45,420 bases of DNA from an uncultured Mycoplasmatota bacterium. GTDB lineage: Bacteria; Bacillota_I; Bacilli_A; RF39; UBA660. The stretch is from assembly GCA_947296775.1 (NCBI GenBank), contig CAMYRF010000001.1, forward strand, positions 1 to 45,420, given 5' to 3'. The number at the start of each line of letters is the position of its first letter. Position 1 is the stretch's first letter. Shown here piece after piece: positions 19,460 through 27,123 of this stretch. The notes under the pieces were generated by a model. The model was given only the letters and a program-made list of their open reading frames with translations. It searched no databases and was not told the origin of the DNA. The position numbers were made by a program, and so were the translations under genes.

Positions 19460-21100
19460 CTATATCCCTAAATTTTTTCTGCTAAAAGTCGTAATTGTTT
19501 TAAATCTTCCGCTTTCTCTAACCTCAGCAAGCATAGCCATACTATCAGGTGCATCATCGTTTTTATTTTTTCCTATTATTTTAAATGCATAAATATTATT
19601 CATGAACAACTGATACTCTTTGCTTCTGTGCCCGCTATCTAAATAATAAAATTCTCTAATCTCAGGCGCACGTTCAAATATACGTGCTTCTTTTCGCTTG
19701 TTGGTAGGTGCTGGCTTACTGGTTATCGTACATTTATAATCACGACGTTTTAACTCATTTTCTACCCATTCAGCATATTCACTACCTCCATTGTTAGCTT
19801 CAAACTGAACATATTTAACTTCATTTTTAATAATACAATCTACAATCAGTGGTCTTGTAATAGTTTTATCACCATTATTAAATACTACATCTGGAATAAA
19901 ATCGCCATTCTCTGTTTCTATACATACTGGTGCACTTACATAATCTCCACCACCCCATGCTACGTCAACTGTCATATATTTTCTTACAGATTCATCAGTA
20001 ATAACCCCATTGTAAAAATTCATTGTATCTGGTGTAAATAATGCCCCATCACGTTCAATCGGTTCTCCCATATACTGTGCTAACCACGAAGCCATATCAT
20101 TATTACGCTCAAACTGTGCTCTTAACTGTTTATAGTAGTCTGTATTGAAACCTACATTGTAATCATAATTAAAATTAGATTCATCATTTTCATTAAGTGC
20201 TGGTAAATTTATTATTTTGTATCTTACTTTCTTACCTTCTTCATCGTTTTGTAAAAAGTCCATTCTTAAACCAGCGGGATCGATAAGCGACCAGCGTGTA
20301 CCGATCCATATTTTTTTTGCAGTCTGTTTAGCACGTGGAATCAGGTTGTTAGAAACCTTGGACCATGCACCTATCATACGATCCTTGTTCAACGCTTCTT
20401 CAATACCGCCGATTAAATCGTCTGATATTAAATACCCCTTACAGTCACAAGCCCCGTTCAATGTTCCATACAATGAACGACAAGTCAATGTTGGGTAACG
20501 TTTTTTACGGTTTATATCGATTGTTTCCTTTTTAGCATCAGTATTAGCAATACCTGAATTATTAAATATTTTTTTCCAGTTGTATGTATAGCTGTCTGTC
20601 ATTACCTCCAATACACCAGTATACATAGCCGATGTAATCGTATCTGAAAATGCACTATATAAATTTGTGGCTTCACCATCACGCCCCATTATCCATGTGA
20701 TAAACAGCATCAATATTGTAGTTTTACCCGTCCTAGGGGGTTGAGATACAAATAATTCGTCTAATTCATCATCTGCCAGTGCTTGGAGTTGCTCGGTTAT
20801 AGCTTTTAACACTTTCCTTCGTGGCTGGTAAAATCTTTCCTCAGGTGGTCTATCAATTTCTAGATAAATTAAATAATCTTCAAAACAGTATGGTGCTCTC
20901 AATAATAAAACTTTTCTGTAAAGTTCATACCATTCCTCACCTTGTTTAACATTTTTTATTACTGCCTTTTTTACAAGCCCACTGGCTTTTTTTATACTTT
21001 GTTCACTTGTTTCTAGTCTACATAACTCAAAACAACTGTTTACTATCTCATAATTATTTCCTTTTTTATTTAACGCATTTGCTATTTTATCTACATACAT
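19460..21100 (-). CDS. terL: Terminase large subunit
   Basis: Walker A SQPPRTGKTT; 546 aa; lies upstream of the portal gene. Confidence 0.9.
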   Translation of the reverse strand: MYVDKIANALNKKGNNYEIVNSCFELCRLETSEQSIKKASGLVKKAVIKNVKQGEEWYELYRKVLLLRAPYCFEDYLIYLEIDRPPEERFYQPRRKVLKAITEQLQALADDELDELFVSQPPRTGKTTILMLFITWIMGRDGEATNLYSAFSDTITSAMYTGVLEVMTDSYTYNWKKIFNNSGIANTDAKKETIDINRKKRYPTLTCRSLYGTLNGACDCKGYLISDDLIGGIEEALNKDRMIGAWSKVSNNLIPRAKQTAKKIWIGTRWSLIDPAGLRMDFLQNDEEGKKVRYKIINLPALNENDESNFNYDYNVGFNTDYYKQLRAQFERNNDMASWLAQYMGEPIERDGALFTPDTMNFYNGVITDESVRKYMTVDVAWGGGDYVSAPVCIETENGDFIPDVVFNNGDKTITRPLIVDCIIKNEVKYVQFEANNGGSEYAEWVENELKRRDYKCTITSKPAPTNKRKEARIFERAPEIREFYYLDSGHRSKEYQLFMNNIYAFKIIGKNKNDDAPDSMAMLAEVRESGRFKTITTFSRKNLGI

Positions 21101-21143
21101 TATAAAAGCCCCTTTCCTTTCGGCTCAGGGCTCTAAATTTATT

Positions 21144-21830
21144 CTAAATCATTTTATGTGTGTTTTCAATACATAGTATTGTCTGCTCTATAAACAATTT
21201 GCCTTCATTGGTCCATTTTAACCAGTTGTGCTTTATTTTTACATAACCCCTATTTTTATATCTTCTATAAAGATGCCATCTTCCTTTACGAGAATACTGT
21301 ATCTTTTGGTTTTGTAAAACTTTATTTAATGCTTTAGCACTCATGTTATGCTCTTTGGCAATTTCCTCAGTAGACCATAAACGGTTTACTTTGTTTTCCT
21401 TGCATTCCAGTTTAAATTTAAGCTGGTTATTTTCTAAAATTAACTGCTGGTTATATTTAACTTCATCTACTAATCTTTCTAATGCTTCAAGATAATTATT
21501 AGGTAAAGCTGGTGTTTTTATTGCCTTTTCCATTTCCTCGAAACGATTAACGTATTGTGCAGTAAATATAATCCCCTTTTCACCAGTAAGTTTGTTAGCT
21601 ACCATTTCACAACCTTTCTTGGTTAAAAGATAGCATTTTAAAGTACGTCCAGTACTGTCCTCATACTCACTTGGTATGAAGAATTCTACTGAACGCAATT
21701 TTGCGTTGAGTAAAATACCCTCATACTTACGCACTTTTTTTAATAAATCACAATGTTTCATATCTATCATCCTAGCAACTTCTCTACTGTCGATCGTTTC
21801 AATATGATTAGCAATAATTAATTTACTCAT
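21144..21830 (-). CDS. Rha-family regulator fused to a KilAC antirepressor-type C-terminal domain
   Basis: IETIDSREVARMIDMKHCDLLKKVRKY is Rha-like. The C-terminus NNYLEALERL...SAKALNKVL...GYV is KilAC-like. Start reassigned to MSKLI. Confidence 0.65.
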   Translation of the reverse strand: MSKLIIANHIETIDSREVARMIDMKHCDLLKKVRKYEGILLNAKLRSVEFFIPSEYEDSTGRTLKCYLLTKKGCEMVANKLTGEKGIIFTAQYVNRFEEMEKAIKTPALPNNYLEALERLVDEVKYNQQLILENNQLKFKLECKENKVNRLWSTEEIAKEHNMSAKALNKVLQNQKIQYSRKGRWHLYRRYKNRGYVKIKHNWLKWTNEGKLFIEQTILCIENTHKMI

Positions 21831-21972
21831 GGCTACCACACTCCTTTTCACTATTACTATCAAAATCACGTACATAACGACATTGAGTATAATCAAAAAC
21901 CTTTTTTAAAGAAGTGTCACTCATTTCATTTAAAAGTTTATTTATATAAATTATATACTTTTCTCTATCCAT
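21823..21972 (-). CDS. 49-aa small protein (paralogue family with 21968-22093 and 41326-41445)
   Basis: Hand-translated: MDREKYIIYINKLLNEMSDTSLKKVFDYTQCRY... Start and stop overlaps with both neighbours. Confidence 0.4.
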   Translation of the reverse strand: MDREKYIIYINKLLNEMSDTSLKKVFDYTQCRYVRDFDSNSEKECGSHE

Positions 21973-22093
21973 GGCTAGCCACCTCATATGAACGATATTT
22001 TACTGCTTCTAAATATTTTACAACAAGCATTAAAGCTCTCTTGTCATTAATATCTTTTAAAATCGATGCGATATATTCTTTTTCTTCTTCCAT
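21968..22093 (-). CDS. 41-aa small protein
   Basis: AGAGGT RBS. Sequence MEEEKEYIASILKDINDKRALMLVVKYLEAVKY... Confidence 0.4.
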
Positions 22094-22215
22094 TTTTATT
22101 TACCTCTTTCGTTTAAAATTTAAGATAGAGGCTTATAAATTATTTATAATTATGCTATAATATATAAGCCTCGTAGTGGGCAATAGAACGTGAAACTTTC
22201 TCAGGGTAAAACGTT

Positions 22216-22392
22216 CTATTTTTTTATATCGTCTTTTAATTTTTTTATTCCTAATCGGATTGCTTCTGCTCTCGATACATTCTCTTGTTCGATGTATTTT
22301 TCCAATATCGATGAACACTCATTATCTAATCTAATATGAATAGGTTTTCCTTTAGGATTATTTGTAGGACGACCAATTTTTTTATCTGTCAT
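22216..22392 (-). CDS. Ribbon-helix-helix (CopG/Arc-like) DNA-binding protein, 58 aa
   Basis: AAAGGAGG RBS. MTDKKIGRPTNNPKGKPIHIRLDNECSSILEKYIEQENVSRAEAIRLGIKKL has the classic RHH pattern. Replaces track ORF 22133-22318. Confidence 0.7.
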   Translation of the reverse strand: MTDKKIGRPTNNPKGKPIHIRLDNECSSILEKYIEQENVSRAEAIRLGIKKLKDDIKK

Positions 22393-22424
22393 AAATCCTC
22401 CTTTCTTTTTTGTAGCCCATAATC

Positions 22425-22453
22425 ATTTTATCTTATGTAGCCCAAAAAGTCAA
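22425..22453 (-). promoter_or_regulatory. Promoter of the RHH gene, with flanking GGGCTACA direct repeats
   Basis: TTGACT-17 nt-TAAAAT. GGGCTACA occurs twice, on either side of the -10 element. Confidence 0.55.
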
Positions 22454-22472
22454 GCGTTTTTAAATAAATATT

Positions 22473-22510
22473 AAAAAAAACCCTTACTTAAATAAGTTTG
22501 GGTTTTTGTT
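22473..22510. terminator. Bidirectional terminator
   Basis: A8-CCC...loop...GGGTTTTT. Confidence 0.55.
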
Positions 22511-22781
22511 ACTTTTCGTACCATCGATTTCCGCAATCCATACAGAACCATTCTTCACTTACTTTTTTTCTTGCACCAGTCGCAAATAAAGATAAACCGC
22601 CAGTCATTAAAGCACCAGCAACCTTCCCCTTTGAAACAACTTTCTTTTGCTTCTTCTTTGTTTTAGTGACTGTTAATGGGTGAAGCGGATTTAAGTTTAA
22701 TGATGTTTTATAACCAGCTGGGGCATCATCAATTAAACATATATGTGTACTTTTACATTTAGGACATTTCATTTTTGCCAT
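22509..22781 (-). CDS. Zinc-ribbon protein (CPKC...CMDC) with a basic linker and a Gly-rich segment
   Basis: AAAGGAGG RBS; two CxxC pairs. Confidence 0.6.
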   Translation of the reverse strand: MAKMKCPKCKSTHICLIDDAPAGYKTSLNLNPLHPLTVTKTKKKQKKVVSKGKVAGALMTGGLSLFATGARKKVSEEWFCMDCGNRWYEK

Positions 22782-22797
22782 ATTTCTTTCCTCCTTT

Positions 22798-23023
22798 ACC
22801 TAAATACATCTTATGTTGTTATTAAACTCTGCTTGTGAAGTATCAATCTTGAAAACCGCCTTTATTTCAATACATCATATGTTGGTATTAAACTTAAAGT
22901 TAAATCAGCAAAACTTTGTGCCAATTCCATTTCAATACATCATATGTTGGTACTAAACAGTAAGAAAGCTGGAGAAAAAGCTAAAAAGAACTTATTTCAA
23001 TACATTATATGTTGATATTAATA
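22798..23023 (-). CRISPR. Cas-less mini-CRISPR array: 4 repeats of 30 nt and 3 spacers (36, 35, 35 nt)
   Basis: Repeats at 22798, 22864, 22929 and 22994. Minus-strand consensus is GTTTAATACCAACATATGATGTATTGAAAT. The region is non-coding. Confidence 0.8.
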
Positions 23024-23034
23024 GCTAATTAACA

Positions 23035-23901
23035 TCAATCGTTAGTTGTCGGCTCCTTTATTATTACTTTAACAGTGTTACTTTTTATTTCTTCTTTAGT
23101 AATCTTTGAAATAGCATAAAATTGTATTTCTGTTTCGCCAGCTTTAAGTGCTTTTAATGAATTCTCATCAGGATTGAACTCTATAAATTCTTTATCACAC
23201 TTAATTTTTAAATCGTAATTTTCAATATCATCTATTGGGTCAAAATCTATATCACCACCAAATGTATCGCCCACAGTTACATTTATGCAGTTGATATCAC
23301 TAGTATATTCGATTTTAGGTTTAGAATCTGTTTTTTCTTTCTGATTAGCTTTTATGAAGAACATATCACAATAACTATTTAATTTTTCTACTGTAGTTAA
23401 ACCGATACCACTAATAAAATCTAAAAAATAAAGAAAATTTGGCGCATCAGTACAAAAACTGTTTTTATTATCAGGATCTTGCAACGGACTATAAACAAGT
23501 ATCATATCATTTTCATCTATCGTTTCTGGAAGTGGATTAATAAAATTTTTCCTATAGCTACTACTTTCTAAATCATCTGCTGGTATTTTATAATCAGCAT
23601 CATAGAATCGGCAAGTAACCACACGGGGTTCCGTTACATCAGGCATGAATTGTACTTTAATTCCCTTTTCCCATGTTGTTGTATCTTGACTATCTGTTCC
23701 ATCATATAAAACCATATAATCAGGATATTTTTTATCATCACCATCATCATCAATAATATAAGAAAAATTATATCCTTTTTCTTTGGCTTTTTTAGTTACT
23801 TTTTCATAAAAATCCCAATCATGTTTATCTTTCTTCCCCCCGCACCCTACTACACCTACACATAATAATAAAACCAATATCCCTTTAATTATTTTTTTCA
23901 T
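23035..23901 (-). CDS. Lipoprotein with a C-terminal Big_2-like domain
   Basis: Signal peptide plus lipobox LLLCVGVVGC. Start reassigned to MKKIIKG. Confidence 0.7.
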   Translation of the reverse strand: MKKIIKGILVLLLCVGVVGCGGKKDKHDWDFYEKVTKKAKEKGYNFSYIIDDDGDDKKYPDYMVLYDGTDSQDTTTWEKGIKVQFMPDVTEPRVVTCRFYDADYKIPADDLESSSYRKNFINPLPETIDENDMILVYSPLQDPDNKNSFCTDAPNFLYFLDFISGIGLTTVEKLNSYCDMFFIKANQKEKTDSKPKIEYTSDINCINVTVGDTFGGDIDFDPIDDIENYDLKIKCDKEFIEFNPDENSLKALKAGETEIQFYAISKITKEEIKSNTVKVIIKEPTTND

Positions 23902-24232
23902 TCTCAATGCTCTCCTCTTCCTTTTTTGACACAACAGCTCTTAACAGTTCGTTATTGTCGCTTTGAAGCTGGATAAGTTCTCCAAATCCATATACCAGCC
24001 CGCTTGTAGCAGTAACAGCCATTAATGTTCCGAAAAATTTGGATGCATTAAATTTTGTAACTGTTTCAAAGCTTTCTTCCTCTTCTTCATACCACAGACT
24101 ATCACTTTCCTTTAATACCAGTTCATCTTCCTCAGCCATACCTATACTGCCGATTATACCAAGGGCTAAAAAAACCAAGCTACCGATTTTTAAAATTTTT
24201 GCAATTCTGCAGTTTTTAATTTCTTTTTCCAT
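23885..24232 (-). CDS. Two-TM membrane protein with an acidic loop
   Basis: GGGAGG RBS; two hydrophobic helices. Confidence 0.6.
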   Translation of the reverse strand: MEKEIKNCRIAKILKIGSLVFLALGIIGSIGMAEEDELVLKESDSLWYEEEEESFETVTKFNASKFFGTLMAVTATSGLVYGFGELIQLQSDNNELLRAVVSKKEEESIENEKNN

Positions 24233-24261
24233 AATATTCCTCCCTAAATATAGCTACTATA

Positions 24262-24290
24262 ATTATACCTTATTAAACATAATTTTACAA
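24262..24290 (-). promoter_or_regulatory. Promoter of the membrane protein / lipoprotein / CRISPR / Zn-ribbon unit
   Basis: TTGTAA-17 nt-TATAAT. Confidence 0.55.
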
Positions 24291-24333
24291 TATTTACCAT
24301 TACTGCTTAACAAAAAGGCACTATCTCAGCGCC

Positions 24334-24711
24334 TTACAATGCATATTCTACTTTTTCTTTATCAAACTGCTCTAATTTAGATATAATTTCTAGATATTTA
24401 TCTTCATATAAGTTTTTAAAATCACAAATAACTCCGCCTATTTCTTTTCTGTTAATTGTAACTTGTTTATGAGTTCTAATATAACTTATTTTATTTAAAT
24501 TACAGTCAGGATAATCTATGGGATTTATTTTTATATCATAGTCCTGATTCCTGCGTCTTTTATCAGAAATCGTAGATATTGGAAGTACAATATAATCATT
24601 GTCTAATACCCCATATCCAGCTATAACTAAACCAGGTCTAGATTTAAACTTCATAGCAGAACTTCTCGTATCATAAAATGGAGTAATTATTTTTCCTATC
24701 AAATTTAACAC
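24334..24711 (-). CDS. PemK/MazF-fold toxin-like protein
   Basis: KSRPGLVI...YIVLPISTIS...SYIRTHKQVTINRKEI fits the MazF/PemK pattern. Overlaps the upstream gene by 7 nt. Confidence 0.6.
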   Translation of the reverse strand: MLNLIGKIITPFYDTRSSAMKFKSRPGLVIAGYGVLDNDYIVLPISTISDKRRRNQDYDIKINPIDYPDCNLNKISYIRTHKQVTINRKEIGGVICDFKNLYEDKYLEIISKLEQFDKEKVEYAL

Positions 24712-25193
24712 TCCACATCATCAAATTCATCATAATACATATCCCATACTGCATCATATGGTCTAACTTTTCTTGCATCTATGGCAATATCCTCTATTTT
24801 CATTTCTTTATCTCCTGGATATCCTTCTGGTATTCCTATTCTACTATTTTTCCATGAATACTCCTCATGAGATAAATTTCTTAAATACCAGGAATCGTAA
24901 TAGCCATACTGTTCAAAAACATTCCTTACAATATAAGCCTCTTGCTGATCTAATTTTTTTGTTAGACAAACAATCCCATGTTCTTTATCATATCTTTTTC
25001 TTACTTCAGTAGAAACAGGACCATGTACCCATCCCTCAAAACTCTCATTAAACATAGGTTTTGAAGTTAATGCTATACTCTCACGTTGAATAAAATACAA
25101 TAGTTTCTGTAGTTTTAATTCATCTATTTTATCTCCAGTTTTTTCCTGATAATATTCATATAAATATTGAGCAACTGATAAAATACTAGTCAT
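24705..25193 (-). CDS. Panacea/DUF4065 (SocA/GepA-like) antitoxin-domain protein
   Basis: LKLQKLLYFIQ...GWVHGPV...RKRY are DUF4065 hallmarks. Confidence 0.65.
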   Translation of the reverse strand: MTSILSVAQYLYEYYQEKTGDKIDELKLQKLLYFIQRESIALTSKPMFNESFEGWVHGPVSTEVRKRYDKEHGIVCLTKKLDQQEAYIVRNVFEQYGYYDSWYLRNLSHEEYSWKNSRIGIPEGYPGDKEMKIEDIAIDARKVRPYDAVWDMYYDEFDDVEC

Positions 25194-25323
25194 GTTTCAC
25201 ACCCCCTTCTAAACATCTTTACTATAACACATTATTTATAATTTGTATAATGCTTTAATTATATTTTTAAAAGTGGTTTAATAGCATAATTTTCTAAATC
25301 TTTTTTTTACGTTTTGCACATCA

Positions 25324-25893
25324 TTAACCCCTAACATAATTATAATACGTTCTTTTACCAATACCTATTTTTTGGCATGCTTCAGTTACCTTACTACCGT
25401 TATTTACCATTCTAATTACTTCATCAACTTTATCCTTAACATCTGGTCTACCAAACTTTACCCCTCTTTTCCTAGCTGATTCAATCCCTTCACGTTGTCT
25501 TTCCAGCATTGTAAGTCTTTCTTGTTCAGCTACAGAACTCAATACCTCCAGTATTATATTGTTTATCATTTCAATAACCCATTCCTGACCATCCAGTTTA
25601 ATCATCGTTGTGGGCATGTTCATAATTCTTAATATAACTCCCTTTTCCTTGAAATAGTTAAATTCAGTTGCAATATCCCTCTTGCTTCTTGACAGCCTAT
25701 CCAGTGCATGAATATAAATCTCATCACCAGCTACTGCTATTTCTTTTAGCTTCTGATAATTTATTCTATCAGTACTCTTACCGCTCACCTTATCACAGAA
25801 TATATTTTCAGTTTTTACATATTTGTTTAAACTGTCAATCTGTCTGTCCAGCTTTTGTTCTCTGGTAGATACACGAGCATAACCGTAAATCAT
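25324..25893 (-). CDS. Small serine recombinase (resolvase/invertase family)
   Basis: MIYGYARVSTREQKLDRQ catalytic-Ser motif; C-terminal HTH. Confidence 0.9.
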   Translation of the reverse strand: MIYGYARVSTREQKLDRQIDSLNKYVKTENIFCDKVSGKSTDRINYQKLKEIAVAGDEIYIHALDRLSRSKRDIATEFNYFKEKGVILRIMNMPTTMIKLDGQEWVIEMINNIILEVLSSVAEQERLTMLERQREGIESARKRGVKFGRPDVKDKVDEVIRMVNNGSKVTEACQKIGIGKRTYYNYVRG

Positions 25894-25895
25894 AT

Positions 25896-26138
25896 CTATT
25901 CCTCCTCATCATTCAGAATAACCGATCTAGCTACCTTATTACTACCAGTTTTAGGTCTTAACACTATCTCATAACCTAATGCATCCATCATTTTGATTAG
26001 ATTATTAGCTTTAGGATTATTTGAGCTTAATACTGTACTTAAACTTGTTGATCTTGCATATCCCATTCTCTCGCTTAACTCTACCTGAGTTAGGTTTTCT
26101 TGTTTTAGAATCTTTTTTACTGCTTGTTTTATTTTCAT
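25896..26138 (-). CDS. XRE-type HTH protein
   Basis: LTQVELSERMGYARSTSLSTVL is an HTH motif. Lies 2 nt upstream of the recombinase gene. Confidence 0.7.
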   Translation of the reverse strand: MKIKQAVKKILKQENLTQVELSERMGYARSTSLSTVLSSNNPKANNLIKMMDALGYEIVLRPKTGSNKVARSVILNDEEE

Positions 26139-26156
26139 TTATATCACCTCAAATAC

Positions 26157-26185
26157 ATTTTACTTATATATACGTTAAATGTCAA
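26157..26185 (-). promoter_or_regulatory. Promoter of the HTH-recombinase operon
   Basis: TTGACA-17 nt-TAAAAT. Confidence 0.55.
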
Positions 26186-26239
26186 TGACCTTTTTAATTT
26201 TGCGGGTGGAAAAGGACCTTAGATATACTAATATAACAC

Positions 26240-26260
26240 AAAAAAACACCCCTAGGGGTG
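26240..26260 (-). terminator. Perfect 14-bp palindrome followed by T7 on the minus strand
   Basis: CACCCCTAGGGGTG with an adjacent A7 on the plus strand. Confidence 0.5.
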
Positions 26261-26316
26261 CATAAAGGCGGTATTTTATGCACAATTAAATTATACTCAT
26301 AAATAAGTAATAAGTA

Positions 26317-26345
26317 TTGTTTTATCACTCGTTTACAAGTATAAT
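26317..26345 (+). promoter_or_regulatory. Promoter of the plus-strand small-gene cluster
   Basis: TTGTTT-17 nt-TATAAT. Confidence 0.5.
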
Positions 26346-26403
26346 AATAGTGTGGTAAGTAAATTACTTATTCACAAGTATTTAGTAAAGGAGGTGATAA
26401 ACA

Positions 26404-26506
26404 ATGACAATAAAAAAAAAAAGTAGAGCTATATAAAGAGTGGTGCAACACTCTAGGACTTAAACCACAACATGGTAGTAACCTAATAGCCTACTTCAAA
26501 CGCTAA
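26404..26506 (+). pseudogene. Small gene frameshifted at an A11 tract; paralogue of 26577-26717
   Basis: Begins AGGAGGTG-ATG ACA ATA then A11. The +1 frame gives VELYKEWCNTLGLKPQHGSNLIAYFKR, which resembles IYFIWCKQKGYKPSRYLHKF in the next gene. Confidence 0.5.
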
Positions 26507-26576
26507 TATGTAGGGGCTTATATAGCCCTTACATAGATAGTATATCACAAACACTTAAATATATAAAGGGGGTGAT

Positions 26577-26717
26577 ATGATGCGATTGAGTGATAAAAGA
26601 AACTTTGCACTAAGACAAATATATTTTATCTGGTGCAAACAAAAAGGCTATAAACCAAGTCGTTATTTACACAAGTTTATAACCTTAACCAAAGAGCGTT
26701 ATAATATAACGTTCTAA
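26577..26717 (+). CDS. 46-aa small protein (WC..G.KP motif)
   Basis: AAGGGGGTG RBS. Hand-translated: MMRLSDKRNFALRQIYFIWCKQKGYKPSRYLHKFITLTKERYNITF. Confidence 0.5.
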   Translation: MMRLSDKRNFALRQIYFIWCKQKGYKPSRYLHKFITLTKERYNITF

Positions 26718-26770
26718 ATATATAGGGTGTTAGCGCACCCTATATATAATATAGCATAAAGGAGAAAAAA

Positions 26771-27004
26771 ATGGAAGAATTAAGAATAAAAGCATTTAAA
26801 ATCATTGATAAAAATTTTGAAGAACTATTAAAGGCTAAACAGAATGGAGATATTTGGAAAGTCCATCATCTAAGAGATAAAATTTATAATCAAATCTGTT
26901 TACTACTAGATTTAGGATTATTAAAGTGTATCGAATGGAATTTTATTTATAACGCTATAATGCACGTTTGGAACGGAAAGGAGGTGGCTTTATGTTTTGG
27001 TTAA
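26771..27004 (+). CDS. Hypothetical 77-aa protein
   Basis: AAGGAGA RBS; ORF from the track. Confidence 0.55.
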   Translation: MEELRIKAFKIIDKNFEELLKAKQNGDIWKVHHLRDKIYNQICLLLDLGLLKCIEWNFIYNAIMHVWNGKEVALCFG

Positions 27005-27096
27005 TAAAAGTAATGTTTAATCTTATATTTAATATATTTTTTCTAGCTCCAATTACATTTATTAAAGTATTTGGGGTATGTTCTAAAAGAAGATAG
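26992..27096 (+). CDS. 34-aa hydrophobic peptide with a basic C-terminus (type I toxin-like)
   Basis: GGAGGTGG RBS 5 nt before the ATG. Sequence MFWLIKVMFNLIFNIFFLAPITFIKVFGVCSKRR. A terminator follows immediately. Confidence 0.45.
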   Translation: MFWLIKVMFNLIFNIFFLAPITFIKVFGVCSKRR

Positions 27097-27117
27097 CTTA
27101 ACGGCTATCTTTTTTTA
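27090..27117 (+). terminator. Intrinsic terminator
   Basis: AGATAGC-TTAACG-GCTATCT followed by T7. Confidence 0.7.
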
Positions 27118-27123
27118 TATATT

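Noticed and set aside
22133-22318. 61-aa track ORF
   Set aside because: It overlaps, in another frame, a much better 58-aa RHH gene (22216-22392) that has a strong RBS and promoter. It also spans two hairpins.
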